NCBI GenBank assembly: GCA_964016885.1
Contig: OZ024764.1
Coordinates: forward strand, 26,722,001 to 26,786,000
Reading direction: 5' to 3'
From: Eledone cirrhosa
Taxonomy: Eukaryota
Length of the DNA stretch: 64,000 nucleotides
The first letter of the stretch is position 1. The number at the start of each line of letters is the position of its first letter. The notes under the pieces were generated by a model. The model ran no database searches. It saw only the letters and a list, made by a program, of their open reading frames with translations, and was not told where the DNA came from. The position numbers and the translations under genes were made by a program. Shown here piece by piece: positions 39,845 to 52,400 of this stretch.

Positions 39845-40071
39845 TGTAATGTTATGGACATCTCTGCCCCTGTGGCTAATAATTCTGTCATGTTATGTTA
39901 TGGACATCTCTGCCCCTGTGGCTAATAATTCTGACATGTAATGTTAGGGACATCTCTGCCCCAGTGGCTCATAATTCTGACATGTAATGTTATGGACATC
40001 TCTGCCCCTGTGGCTAATAATTCTGTCATGTAATGTTATGGACATCTCTGCCCCTGTGGCTAATAATTCTG
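39845..40071 (-). repeat. Five inverted 46-bp monomers joined to the + array
   Basis: Junction ...ATTAGCC-ACA-TGTAATGTTATGG (ACA at 39842-39844 shared by both orientations); ends at GGCTAATAATTCTG 40071. Confidence 0.93.
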
Positions 40072-40409
40072 TTCAAATCTGACTGACATGCATGGTATAT
40101 ATTTATGTTTCATTAGACACCGCCACAATACACAGGAACTTATAAAGATATGTATATATTGTCCAGGAGTTTCGAGTTTAGTGGGAATTGTACAAATCTC
40201 AATTGGAGCTAGTCCCTGCAAGATCAGCATAAATAATGTTATACCTTTTCATGAAATCTTGCACACCCGATATTTTATACATGATTATTTAAAGGTGAAC
40301 AAAAACCGAAGAACATTGAGCAGCATTTCTCAACCTTTCTACCCATGTTGATCTCTTGAAATAGTTTTTATGTCTCAAGGAAGCCTTGCATAAAATATAC
40401 TTTTTCTAT

Positions 40410-40445
40410 CTCTAGAGCAGTGGTTCCCAAATCGTGTGCTGTGAG
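40410..40445 (+). mobile_element. Solo terminus of a hAT (Charlie-like) DNA transposon
   Basis: CAGTGGTTCCCAA (40418-40430) directly follows the 8-mer CTCTAGAG, a typical hAT TIR and target-site pattern. I saw no partner TTGGGAACCACTG. Confidence 0.55.
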
Positions 40446-41129
40446 ATGAAACTAGATGAGCTGCAAAAGACTAAGATTAAGTTTTAAGATGTGAAAAATA
40501 TAAAACTGAAATTTCATATAAAAGTTCAAATATAGCTGCAGCCACAAACCTAGGCTCCACACCCCGCAACGCAGAGGAGAGTAAGATAGTACTGAGGCCT
40601 GACTCACCTCTTCCACTCCATTGAGACCTCTGCCATACTTGGTCCCCCTACTGCTGATTTCCTCCATAAAGTCGGGAGGAAAGACGGCAGGAGCCTCGTG
40701 AGGAGGGGCAACTATTGTAGCAGGTGTCTCTGGCCTTGTTCCGAGGTAACGCTTTTACGTTTCTTCCACGTGTTGCGGCTGAGGGACCACTTAGACTGGG
40801 GTGAAGTGTCTGTCCCTCCCCCGACTTATTACTTCCTTTTTTTTCTCCTTTTCAATTTCTTTTCTCTTCTTGCTTATCTCTGCTATACCACGGTATCAAA
40901 AAGATATATGATATATGTATGTATGGTATAGGTGTATTTATATTTAGGATAGTTATCAAAGGTAAATAGACTGGTTGGAGTAATAACAGTCTTGTTTATG
41001 TATATACACACATATATACATATATATATATATATATATGTTTGTTCTTGTATTTCTATAGAAAAGGTAAAGAAAAGAAGAGTGCTCTATGTATTGTACA
41101 GAGCTATTTAATTACATAATAAACAACAG

Positions 41130-41877
41130 AATGGAAAACATTCAGACAGAGAAGAATGGATAATGAGCGTTGTAAGAGAAATTGGCCAACAATTAATATT
41201 AATGGAAATGTAGAAGAATTTCATATTAGTGATATGAATGTTTCGTGTGATCACTGTGGAGCTTTGAAATTTAGAAATGAAAATTGTAACTGTTGTAATA
41301 AAGGAAAGGTTGTGTTGCCACCATTGCAAATATACCCTGAGAGACTGAGAAATCTCTTTGAAAGAGGCCAGGAAGCAGTTGATTTCACAGAAACATCTGC
41401 AATTAAAACTACATTTATTTCACTTCATTTGGTGTTACCACCCGGCAGAGGCCCGTATAGCTTTCATATTCAGGGTCAAACATATCACTACACCCCCATC
41501 TCTGTAACCTGCAGAAAATACACCACAATATGGCCAGTTATATATTATTGATGGGAACGATGGTATGTAGCACAGATTGGAAGTACAACCAAATAATTGT
41601 TTCTGGCACAAGGCCAGTAATTACTGGTACTTTATTCTATCGACCTCATAAGGATGAAAACAAAGTCAACCTTGGAGGGATTTGAACCCAGAACGTAAAG
41701 GGCCATAACCCTATGCTGTAAAGCATGGTGTCTGGCGCTCTACTGATACTGCCAATCCACCGCCCTAGTACCAACAAATAATTTCTGCTCACCACAAAAA
41801 ATGGCTATGATAAGAGAAGTGTTGCATGAATGTAATCCATATGTCGAAGTGTACAATACAATGCATGGCATAACAAA

Positions 41878-41881
<4 letters not shown>
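41130..41881 (+). pseudogene. Second copy of the degenerate Helitron RepHel N-terminal fragment
   Basis: ORF 41156-41551 is nearly identical to 12379-12816, with the same frameshifts and SINE. The post-SINE frame reads NNFCSPQKMAMIREVLHECNPYVEVYNTM and includes the conserved NPY. Confidence 0.85.
41598..41764 (-). mobile_element. SINE, duplicate of 12863-13029
   Basis: Same sequence and insertion site; flanks AGTACAACCAAATAAT and AGTACCAACAAATAAT. Confidence 0.88.
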
Positions 41882-41909
<28 letters not shown>

Positions 41910-42003
41910 CTACTAAAGTGTATGTAAAATTTTAAAATAAATACTTAAATTCAATTTGTATAATTACACATACAATATGTTTTGTTGTAAAACCCTAAAT
42001 AAT

Positions 42004-42176
42004 TGTTTCTACATTTGGCACAAGGCCAGCAATTACCCAGTGCATTACTGGTACTTTATTTTATCGACCCCGTAAGGATGAAAGGCAAAATTAACCTCGG
42101 CGGGATTTGAACTCAGATCGTAAAGGGACGTAACTATGCTGGAAAGCATGGCGTCCGACCCTCTACCGATACTGCC
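42004..42176 (-). mobile_element. SINE with perfect 14-bp TSD, absent from the other island copy
   Basis: AAACCCTAAATAAT at 41990-42003 and 42177-42190; single copy (empty site) at ~13251-13264. On the minus strand it has A box TGGCAGTATCGG, B box AGTTCAAATCC and core GCCTTTCATCCTTACGGGGTCGATAAAATAAAGTACCAG. Confidence 0.92.
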
Positions 42177-42626
42177 AAACCCTAAATAATGATTTAAGAA
42201 ATGATGTCAATCTCTTTGTACAGAGAAAAACAATTTATATATATGCATCGTGTGCGCGTGTATACTCCATTTAAGACAGCGACAAACCTAGTACCTCCTT
42301 CAAAGAATGCCAAATAGTTTATGCCTAAGGTGTAACACTAATTAAGTTACCGGTGTAGATATTTCAGTTGAACCTTGCTTCAAACATGCATATTATTATT
42401 ATATATTTTCAAACACACTTACATACATTATATTTATACACATAGAAATAATAAGTTAAAACTAAAGTATAATGATATAACAACAGTATATAATAGTTTT
42501 CTTCACTTTATTGAGATGCAATCGTTTTAAAGAAAAAACATGACAGTATAAGAAATATTTAATATGATAACATAATATTTCAGGTAGGATGGTGGTTTCT
42601 CTATGATGGTGGTTTCTCTTTGAACT

Positions 42627-42797
42627 AATAATTGTTTCTATTTTAGGCACAAGGTCAGTAATTAACCAGTACATTACTGGTACTTTATTTTATCGACCCC
42701 GTAAGGATGAAAGGCAAAGTTGACCTCGGATCGTAAAGGGACGTAACTATGCTGGAAAGCATGGCGTCAGACCCTCTACCGATACTGCCAATTCACC
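42627..42797 (-). mobile_element. SINE (B-box-deleted), untruncated counterpart of 13701-13848
   Basis: Continues past CAGACCC into TCTACCGATACTGCCAATTCACC, the SINE 5' end. Confidence 0.85.
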
Positions 42798-42817
42798 ATA
42801 CAGTATAATTATACAAA

Positions 42818-42975
42818 TATGCATATAGATAGCAATATATATACACTAATATGTATGTACATATTTACAAATATGTACATATATATAGGGAGAGAGCGAG
42901 ACACATGTATGTATATATATATACACATGCGTGTATGTATGTGTGTTTATGTACATTCTTCTGTATATATATATG
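42818..42975. repeat. Mixed (TA)/(TG)/(TATG) low-complexity microsatellite
   Basis: TATGTATGTACATAT...TGTATGTATATATATATACACATGCGTGTATGTATGTGTG. Confidence 0.75.
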
Positions 42976-42996
42976 AGTCACAGTTTATTACACATT

Positions 42997-43400
42997 GGAG
43001 ACACAGAGGGAGAGAGTTGTAACGAGAGGTGAGAGAGAGAGAGAGAGTTGGAACGAGAGGTGAGAGAGAGAGAGTTGGAACGAGAGAGAGAGAGAGTTGA
43101 AACGAGAGGTGAGAGAGTTGAAACAAGAGAGGAGAGAGAGAGAGTTGAAACGAGGAGAGAGTTGAAACAAGAGGGTGAGGGGAGAGAGGGGAGAGAGTGA
43201 TGAAACGAGTTGGAGATAGTGTGAAAGAGAGAGAGAGAGGAAGAGAGAGAGAGAGGAAGAGAGAGGAAGAGAGGGGAAGAGAGAGAGAGGGAGAGAGGGG
43301 GATGAAACAAGAGAGAGGGGGATGAAACAAGAGGGTGAGGGATGAAACAAGAGAGAGAGGGGAGAGAAAGAGAGAGAGAGAGAGAGAAAGAATTGAAACA
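42997..43400 (-). repeat. Diverged edge of the GA tract (GAGAGTTGAAAC / GGGATGAAACAA variants)
   Basis: Monomer variants not seen elsewhere in the window; grades into the standard cap at ~43400-43470. Confidence 0.85.
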
Positions 43401-46400
43401 AGAGAGAGATGAAACAAGTGAGGGATTAGAGAGAGATGAAACAAGTGAGGGATTAGAGTGTTGAAACAAGAGAGACAGAGGAAGAGAGAGAGAGAGCGAG
43501 ATGAAATGAGAGAGAGAGAGTGAGATGAAATGAGAGAGAGAGAGCGAGATGAAACGAGACAGGGAGAGCGAGATGAAACGAGAGAGTGAGAGCGAGATGA
43601 AACGAGAGAGTGAGAGCGAGATGAAACGAGAGGGAGCGAGATGAAATGAGAGAGAGAGATGAGATGAAATGAGAGAGAGAGAGAGAACGAGATGAAATGA
43701 GAGAGAAAGAGCGAGATGAAATGAGACATAGAATGATGAAACGAGAGAGAGATGAAACGAGAGAGAGAGAGAGCGAGATGAAACAAGAGTGAGAGAGCGA
43801 GATGAAACAAGAGAGAGAGAGAGCGAGATGAAACGAGAGAGAGAGAGAGCGAGATGAAACAAGAGTGAGAGAGCGAGATGAAACAAGAGAGTGAGAGCGA
43901 GATGAAATGAGAGAGAGAGAGAGAACGAGATGAAATGAGAGAGAAAGAGCGAGATGAAATGAGACATAGAATGATGAAACGAGAGAGAGATGAAACGAGA
44001 GAGAGAGGAAACGAAAGAGAGGAAACGAGAGTAGAGAGCGAGATGAAACAGGAGAGAGAGAGCGAGATGAATCAGGAGAGAGAGAGCGAAATGAAACGAG
44101 ACGGAGAGAGAGATGAAATGAGAGAGCGAGAGAGAGATAGAGGGAGATGAAACGACAGAGAGAGAGACAGATGAAACGAGGGAGATAGAGATGAAACGAG
44201 AGAGAGGAAGAGAGGGATAGAACGAGAGAGAGGAAGAGAGAGATGAAACGAGAGAGAGGAAGACAGAGATGAAACGAGAGAGAGAGAGAGCAAGATGAAA
44301 CGAGAGAGAGGAAGAGAGAGAGTGTGAGATGAAACGAGAGAGAGAGAGAGTGAGATGAAACGAGAGAGAGGAAGAGAGAGAGCGCGAGATGAAACGAGAG
44401 AGAGCGCGAGATGAAAGTCTGTCATGTAATGTTATGGACATATCTGCCCTAGGGGCTAATAATTGTCATGTAATGTTATGGACATCTCTGCCCCTGTGGC
44501 TAATAATTCTGTCATGTAATGTTATGGCCATCTCTGCCCCTGTGGCTAATAAATCTTGCATACAATGTTATGGACATCTCTGCCCCTGTGGCTAATAATT
44601 CTGACATGTAATGTTATGGACATCTCTGCCCCTGTGGCTAATAATTCTGACATGTAACGTTATGGACATCTCTGCCCCTGTGGCTAATAATTCTGAGAGA
44701 GATGAAACAAGTGAGGGATTAAAGTGTTGAAACAAGAGAGAGAGAGGAAGAGAGAGTGAGAGCGAGACAAACGAGAGAGAGAGAGCGAGATGAAATGAGA
44801 GAGTGAGAGCGAGAAGAAACGAGAGAGAGAGAGCGAGATGAAATGAGAGAGAGAGAGCGAGATGAAATGAGAGAGAGGGAGCGAGATGAAACGAGACAGA
44901 GAGAGCGGGATGAAACGAGAGAGAGAGAGCGAGATGAAATGAGAGAGAGAGAGTGAGATGAAACGAGAGAGTGAGAGCTAGATGAAATGAGAGAGAGAGG
45001 AAACGAGAGAGAGAGGAAACGAGAGAGAGGAAACGAGAGTAGAGAGCGAGATGAAACAGGAGAGAGAGAGAGCGAGATGAAACAGGAGAGAGAGAGCGAG
45101 ACGAAACGAGAGGGAGAGAGAGATGAAACGAGAGAGCGAGAGAGAGATAGAGGGAGATGAAACGACAGAGAGAGAGACAGATGAAACGAGGGAGATAGAG
45201 ATGAAACGAGAGAGAGAGATGAAACGAGAGAGAGGAAGAGAGAGATGGAACGAGAGAGAGGAAGAGAGAGATGGAACGAGAGAGAGGAAGACAGAGATGA
45301 AACGAGTGAGAGAGAGATCGAGATGAAACGAGAGAGAGGAAGAGAGAGAGCGCGTGATGAAACGAGAGAGAGAGAGCGAGATGAAATGAGAGAGTGAGAG
45401 TGAGATGAAACGAGAGAGAGAGAGCGGGATGAAACGAGACAGAGAGATCGAGATGAAATGAGAGACAGAGAGAGCGAGATGAAATGAGAGAGTGAGAGCT
45501 AGATGAAACGAGAGAGAGATGGAACGAGAGTAGAGAGCGAGATCAAACAGGAGAGAGAGAGCGAGATGAAACAGGAGTGAGAGAGCGAGATGAAACGAGA
45601 GCGAGGTAGAGATGAAACGAGAGAGCGAGAGAGAGATAGAGGGAGATGAAACGACAGAGAGAGAGACAGATGAAACGAGGGAGATAGAGATGAAACGAGA
45701 GAGACAGAGCGAGATGAAACGAGAGAGTGAGAGCTAGATGAAACGAGAGAGAGGAAGACAAAGATGAAACGAGAGAGAGAGAGAGAGAGCGAGATGAAAC
45801 GAGAGAGAGGAAGAGACAGAGCGCGAGATGAAACGAGAGAGAGAGAGCGCGAGATGAAAGTCTGTCATGTAATGTTATGGACATATCTGCCCTTGGGGCT
45901 AATAATTGTCGTGTAATGTTATGGACATATCTGCCCCTGTGGCTAATAATTCTGTCATGTAATGTTATGGACATCTCTGCCCCTGTGGCTAATAATTATG
46001 TCATGTAATGTTATGGACATCTCTGCCCCTGTGGCTAATAATTCTGTCATGTAATGTTATGGACATCTCTGCCCCTGTGGCTAATAAATTCGTCATGTAA
46101 TGTTATGGACATCTCTGCCCCTGTGGCTAATAAATCTGTCATGTAATGTTATGGACATCTCTGCCCCTGTGGCTAATAATTCTGACATGTAATGTTATGG
46201 ACATCTCTGCCCCTGTGGCTAATAATTCTGAGAGAGATGAAACAAGTGAGGGATAAGAGAGAGATGAAACAAGTGAGGGATTAGAGTGTTGAAACAAGAG
46301 AGAGAGAGGAAGAGAGAGTGAGAGCGAGATGAAATGAGAGAGAGACAGAGCGAGATGAAATGAGAGAGTGAGAGCGAGATGAAACGAGAGAGAGAGAGCG

Positions 46401-49400
46401 AGATGAAATGAGAGAGAGAGAGCGAGATGAAATGAGAGAGAGAGAGCGAGATGAAACGAGACAGAGAGAGCGGGATGAAATGAGAGAGAGAGAGCGAGAT
46501 GAAATGAGACAGAGAGAGCGGGATGAAACGAGACAGAGAGAGCGAGATGAAATGAGAGAGAGAGAGAGCGAAATGAAACGAGACAGAGAGACCGAGATGA
46601 AACGAGAGAGAGAGAGAGAGCGAGATGAAATGAGAGAGAGAGCGAGATGAAACGAGAGTGAGAGCTAGAGGAAACGAGAGAGAGAGGAAACGAGAGAGAG
46701 AGGAAACGAGAGAGAGAGAGGAAACGAGAGAGAGGATACGAGAGAGAGGAAACGAGAGTAGAGAGCGAGATGAAACAGGAGAGAGAGAGCGAGATGAAAC
46801 AAGAGAGAGAGAGCGAGATGAAACGAGAGGGAGAGAGAGATGAAACGAGAGAGCGAGAGAGAGATAGAGCGCAAGATGAAACGACAGAGAGAGAGACAGA
46901 TGAAACGAGGGAGATAGAGATGAAACGAGAGAGAGAGATGAAACGAGAGAGAGGAAGAGAGAGATGGAACGAGAGAGAGGAAGACAGAGATGAAACGAGA
47001 GAGAGAGAGAGCAAGATAAAACGAGAGATAGGAAGAGAGAGAGTGCGAGATGAAACGAGAGAGAGAGTGAGATGAAACGAGAGAGAGGAAGAGAGAGAGC
47101 GCGAGATGAAACGAGAGAGCGCGAGATGAAAGTCTGTCATGTAATGTTATGGACATATCTGCCCTAGGGGCTAATAATTGTCATGTAATGTTATGGACAT
47201 CTCTGCCCCTGTGGCTAATAATTCTGTCATGTAATGTTATGGCCATCTCTGCCCCTGTGGCTAATAATTCTGTCATGTAATGTTATGGACATCTCTGCCC
47301 CTGTGGCTAATAAATTCGTCATGTAATGTTATGGACATCTCTGCCCCTGTGGCTAATAAATTCGTCATGTAATGTTATGGACATCTCTGCCCCTGTGGCT
47401 AATAAATCTGTCATGTAATGTTATGGACATCTCTGCCCCTGTGGCTAATAATTCTGACATGTATTGTTATGGACATCTCTGCCCCTGTGGCTAATAATTC
47501 TGAGAGAGATGAAACAAGTGAGGGAAAAGAGAGAGATGAAACAAGTGAGGGATTAGAGTGTTGAAACAAGAGAGAGAGAGAGGAAGAGAGAGTGAGAGCG
47601 AGATCAAACGAGAGAGAGAGAGAGCAAGATCAAATGAGAGAGAGAGAGCGAGATGAAATGAGAGAGAGAGAGCGAGATGAAACGAGATACAGAGAGCGTG
47701 ATGAAACGAGACAGAGAGAGCGAGATGAAATGAGAGAGAGAGAGAGCGAAATGAAACGAGACAGAGAGAGCGAGATGAAACGAGAGAGAGAGAGGGAGAT
47801 GAAATGAGAGAGAGAGAGCGAGATGAAACGAGAGAGTGAGAGCTAGAGGAAACGAGAGAGAGTGGAAACGAGAGAGAGAGGAAACGAGAGAGAGGATACG
47901 AGAGAGAGGAAACAAGAGTAGAGAGCGAGATGAAACAGGAGAGAGAGAGCGAGATGAAACAGGAGAGAGAGAGTGAGATGAAACGAGAGGGAGAGAGAGA
48001 TGAAACGAGAGAGCGAGAGAGAGATAGAGGGAGATGAAACGACAGAGAGAGAGACAGATGAAACGAGGGAGATAGAGATGAAACGAGAGAGAGAGATGAA
48101 ACGAGAGAGAGGAAGAGAGAGATGGAACGAGAGAGAGGAAGAGAGAGATGGAACGAGAGAGAGGAAGACAGAGATGAAACGAGAGAGAGAGAGAGAGAGA
48201 TGAAACGAGAGAGAGAGGAAGATAGAGAGTGCGTGATGAAACGAGAGAGAGAGAGAGAGAGAGCGAGATGAAACGAGAGAGAGGAAGAGAGAGAGCGCGA
48301 GATGAAACGAGAGAGAGAGAGAGCGAGATGAAATGAGAGAGTGTGAGTGAGACGAAACGAGAGAGAGAGTGAGAGCGAGATGAAATGAGAGAGAGAGAGC
48401 GAGACGAAATGAGAGAGAGAGAGCGAGATGAAACGAGACAGAGAGAGCGGGATGAAACGAGACAGATGGATCGAGATGAAATGAGAGAGTGAGAGCGAGA
48501 TGGAACGAGACAGAGAGAGCGCGATGAAACGAGAGAGAGATGGAACGAAAGTAGAGATCGAGATGAAACAGGAGAGAGAGAGCGAGATGAAACGAGAGGG
48601 AGGGAGAGATGAAACGAGAGAGCGAGAGAGAGATAGAGGGAGATGAAACGACAGAGAGAGAGACAGATGAAATGAGGGAGATAGAGATGAAACGAGAGAG
48701 CGAGATGAAACGAGAGAGTGAGAGCGAGATGGAACGAGACAGAGAGAGCGAGATGAAACGAGAGAGTGAGAGCTAGATGAAACGAGAGAGAGATGGAACG
48801 AGAGAGAGAGGAAGAGAGAAATGGAACGAGAGAGTGGAAGACAAAGATGAAACGAGAGAGAGAGAGAGCGAGATGAAACGAGAGAGAGGAAGAGAGAGAG
48901 CGCGAGATGAAACGAGAGAGAGAGAGAGCGAGATGAAACGAGAGAGAGGAAGAGAGAGAGGGCGAGATGAAACGAGAGAGAGCGCGAGATGAAAGTCTGT
49001 CATGTAATGTTATCGACATATCTGCCCTTGGGGCTAATAATTGTCATGTAATGTTATGTACATCTCTGCCCCTGTGGCTAATAATTCTGTCATGTAATGT
49101 TATGGACATCTCTGCCCCTGTGGCTAATAATTATGTCATGTAATGTTATGGACATCTCTGCCCCTGTGGCTAATAATTCTGTCATGTAATGTTATGGACA
49201 TCTCTGCCCCTGTGGCTAATAAATTCGTCATGTAATGTTATGGACATCTCTGCCCCTGTGGCTAATAAATCTGAGAGAGATGAAACAAGTGAGAGATTAG
49301 AGTGTTGAAACAAGAGAGAGAGAGGAAGAGAGAGTGAGAGCGAGATCAAACGAGAGAGAGAGAGCGAGATGAAATGAGAGAGTGAGAGCGAGATGAAACG

Positions 49401-52400
49401 AGAGAGAGAGAGCCAGATGAAATGAGAGAGAGAGAGCGAGATGAAATGAGAGAGAGAGAGCGAGATGAAACGAGACAGAGAGAGCGGGATGAAACGAGAT
49501 AGAGAGAGCGAGATGAAATGAGAGAGAGAGAGAGCGAAATGAAACGAGACAGAGAGAGCCAGATGAAATGAGAGAGAGAGAGCGAGATGAAACGAGAGAG
49601 AGAGAGCGAGATGAAATGAGAGAGAGAGAGCGAGATGAAACGAGAGAGTGAGAGCGAGATGAAATGAGAGAGAGAGAGAGAACGAGATGAAATGAGAGAG
49701 AGAGAGAGAGCGAGATGAAATGAGACATAGAATGATGAAACGAGAGAGAGATGAAACGAGAGAGAGAGGAAACGAGAGAGAGGAAACGAGAGTAGAGAGC
49801 TAGATGAAACAGGAGAGAGAGAGCGAGATGAAACGAGACGGAGAGAGAGATGAAACGAGAGAGCGAGAGAGAGATAGAGGGAGATGAAACGACAGAGAGA
49901 GAGACAGATGAAACGAGGGAGATAGAGATGAAACGAGAGAGAGGAAGAGAGAGATAGAACGAGAGAGAGGAAGAGAGAGATGAACGAGAGAGAGGAAGAC
50001 AGAGATGAAACGAGAGAGAGAGAGAGCAAGATGAAACAAGAGAGAGGAAGAGAGAGAGTGCGAGATGAAACGAGAGAGAGAGAGAGTGAGATGAAACGAG
50101 AGAGAGGAAGAGAGAGAGCGCGAGATGAAACGAGAGAGAGCGCGAGATGAAAGTCTGTCATGTAATGTTATGGACATATCTGCCCTAGGGGCTAATAATT
50201 GTCATGTAATGTTATGGACATCTCTGCCCCTGTGGCTAATAATTCTGTCATGTAATGTTATGGCCATCTCTGCCCCTGTGGCTAATAATTCTGTCATGTA
50301 ATGTTATGGACATCTCTGCCCCTGTGGCTAATAAATTCGTCATGTAATGTTATGGACATCTCTGCCCCTGTGGCTAATAAATTCGTCATGTAATGTTATG
50401 GACATCTCTGCCCCTGTGGCTAATAAATCTGTCATGTAATGTTATGGACATCTCTGCCCCTGTGGCTAATAATTCTGACATGTAATGTTATGGACATCTC
50501 TGCCCCTGTGGCTAATAATTCTGAGAGAGATGAAACAAGTGAGGGAAAAGAGAGAGATGAAACAAGTGAGGGATTAGAGTGTTGAAACAAGAGAGAGAGA
50601 GAGGAAGAGAGAGTGAGAGCGAGATCAAACGAGAGAGAGAGAGAGCAAGATGAAATGAGAGAGAGAGAGCGAGATGAAATGAGAGAGAGAGAGCGAGATG
50701 AAACGAGATAGAGAGAGCGGGATGAAACGAGACAGAGAGAGCGAGATGAAATGAGAGAGAGAGAGAGCGAAATGAAACGAGACAGAGAGAGCGAGATGAA
50801 ACGAGAGAGAGAGAGGGAGATGAAATGAGAGAGAGAGAGCGAGATGAAACGAGAGAGTGAGAGCTAGAGGAAACGAGAGAGAGTGGAAACGAGAGAGAGA
50901 GGAAACGAGAGAGAGGATACGAGAGAGAGGAAACAAGAGTAGAGAGCGAGATGAAACAGGAGAGAGAGAGCGAGATGAAACAGGAGAGAGAGAGCGAGAT
51001 GAAACGAGAGGGAGAGAGAGATGAAACGAGAGAGCGAGAGAGAGATAGAGGGAGATGAAACGACAGAGAGAGAGACAGATGAAACGAGGGAGATAGAGAT
51101 GAAACGAGAGAGAGAGATGAAACGAGAGAGAGGAAGAGAGAGATGGAACGAGAGAGAGGAAGAGAGAGATGGAACGAGAGAGAGGAAGACAGAGATGAAA
51201 CGAGAGAGAGAGAGAGAGAGATGAAACGAGAGAGAGAGGAAGATAGAGAGTGCGTGATGAAACGAGAGAGAGAGAGAGAGAGAGCGAGATGAAACGAGAG
51301 AGAGGAAGAGAGAGAGCGCGAGATGAAACGAGAGAGAGAGAGAGCGAGATGAAATGAGAGAGTGTGAGTGAGACGAAACGAGAGAGAGAGTGAGAGCGAG
51401 ATGAAATGAGAGAGAGAGAGCGAGACGAAATGAGAGAGAGAGAGCGAGATGAAACGAGACAGAGAGAGCGGGATGAAACGAGACAGATGGATCGAGATGA
51501 AATGAGAGAGTGAGAGCGAGATGGAACGAGACAGAGAGAGCGCGATGAAACGAGAGAGAGATGGAACGAAAGTAGAGATCGAGATGAAACAGGAGAGAGA
51601 GAGCGAGATGAAACGAGAGGGAGGGAGAGATGAAACGAGAGAGCGAGAGAGAGATAGAGGGAGATGAAACGACAGAGAGAGAGACAGATGAAATGAGGGA
51701 GATAGAGATGAAACGAGAGAGCGAGATGAAACGAGAGAGTGAGAGCGAGATGGAACGAGACAGAGAGAGCGAGATGAAACGAGAGAGTGAGAGCTAGATG
51801 AAACGAGAGAGAGATGGAACGAGAGAGAGAGGAAGAGAGAAATGGAACGAGAGAGTGGAAGACAAAGATGAAACGAGAGAGAGAGAGAGCGAGATGAAAC
51901 GAGAGAGAGGAAGAGAGAGAGCGCGAGATGAAACGAGAGAGAGAGAGAGCGAGATGAAACGAGAGAGAGGAAGAGAGAGAGGGCGAGATGAAACGAGAGA
52001 GAGCGCGAGATGAAAGTCTGTCATGTAATGTTATCGACATATCTGCCCTTGGGGCTAATAATTGTCATGTAATGTTATGGACATATCTGCCCCTGGGGCT
52101 AATAATTGTCATGTAATGTTATGTACATCTCTGCCCCTGTGGCTAATAATTCTGTCATGTAATGTTATGGACATCTCTGCCCCTGTGGCTAATAATTATG
52201 TCATGTAATGTTATGGACATCTCTGCCCCTGTGGCTAATAATTCTGTCATGTAATGTTATGGACATCTCTGCCCCTGTGGCTAATAAATTCGTCATGTAA
52301 TGTTATGGACATCTCTGCCCCTGTGGCTAATAAATCTGAGAGAGATGAAACAAGTGAGGGATTAGAGTGTTGAAACAAGAGAGAGAGAGGAAGAGAGAGT

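Larger units (their letters stand above)
40072..42996. other. Unique ~2.9 kb island (longer version) made of TE fragments and microsatellites
   Basis: Non-satellite sequence. 40971-42774 matches 12198-13848; 40072-40970 and 42775-42996 occur once in the window. Confidence 0.9.

Noticed and set aside
40088-40931. Short ORFs 40088-40351, 40452-40667 and 40698-40931 (also 13536-13748 and 42462-42674)
   Set aside because: Short, with no recognisable motifs; lengths expected by chance.
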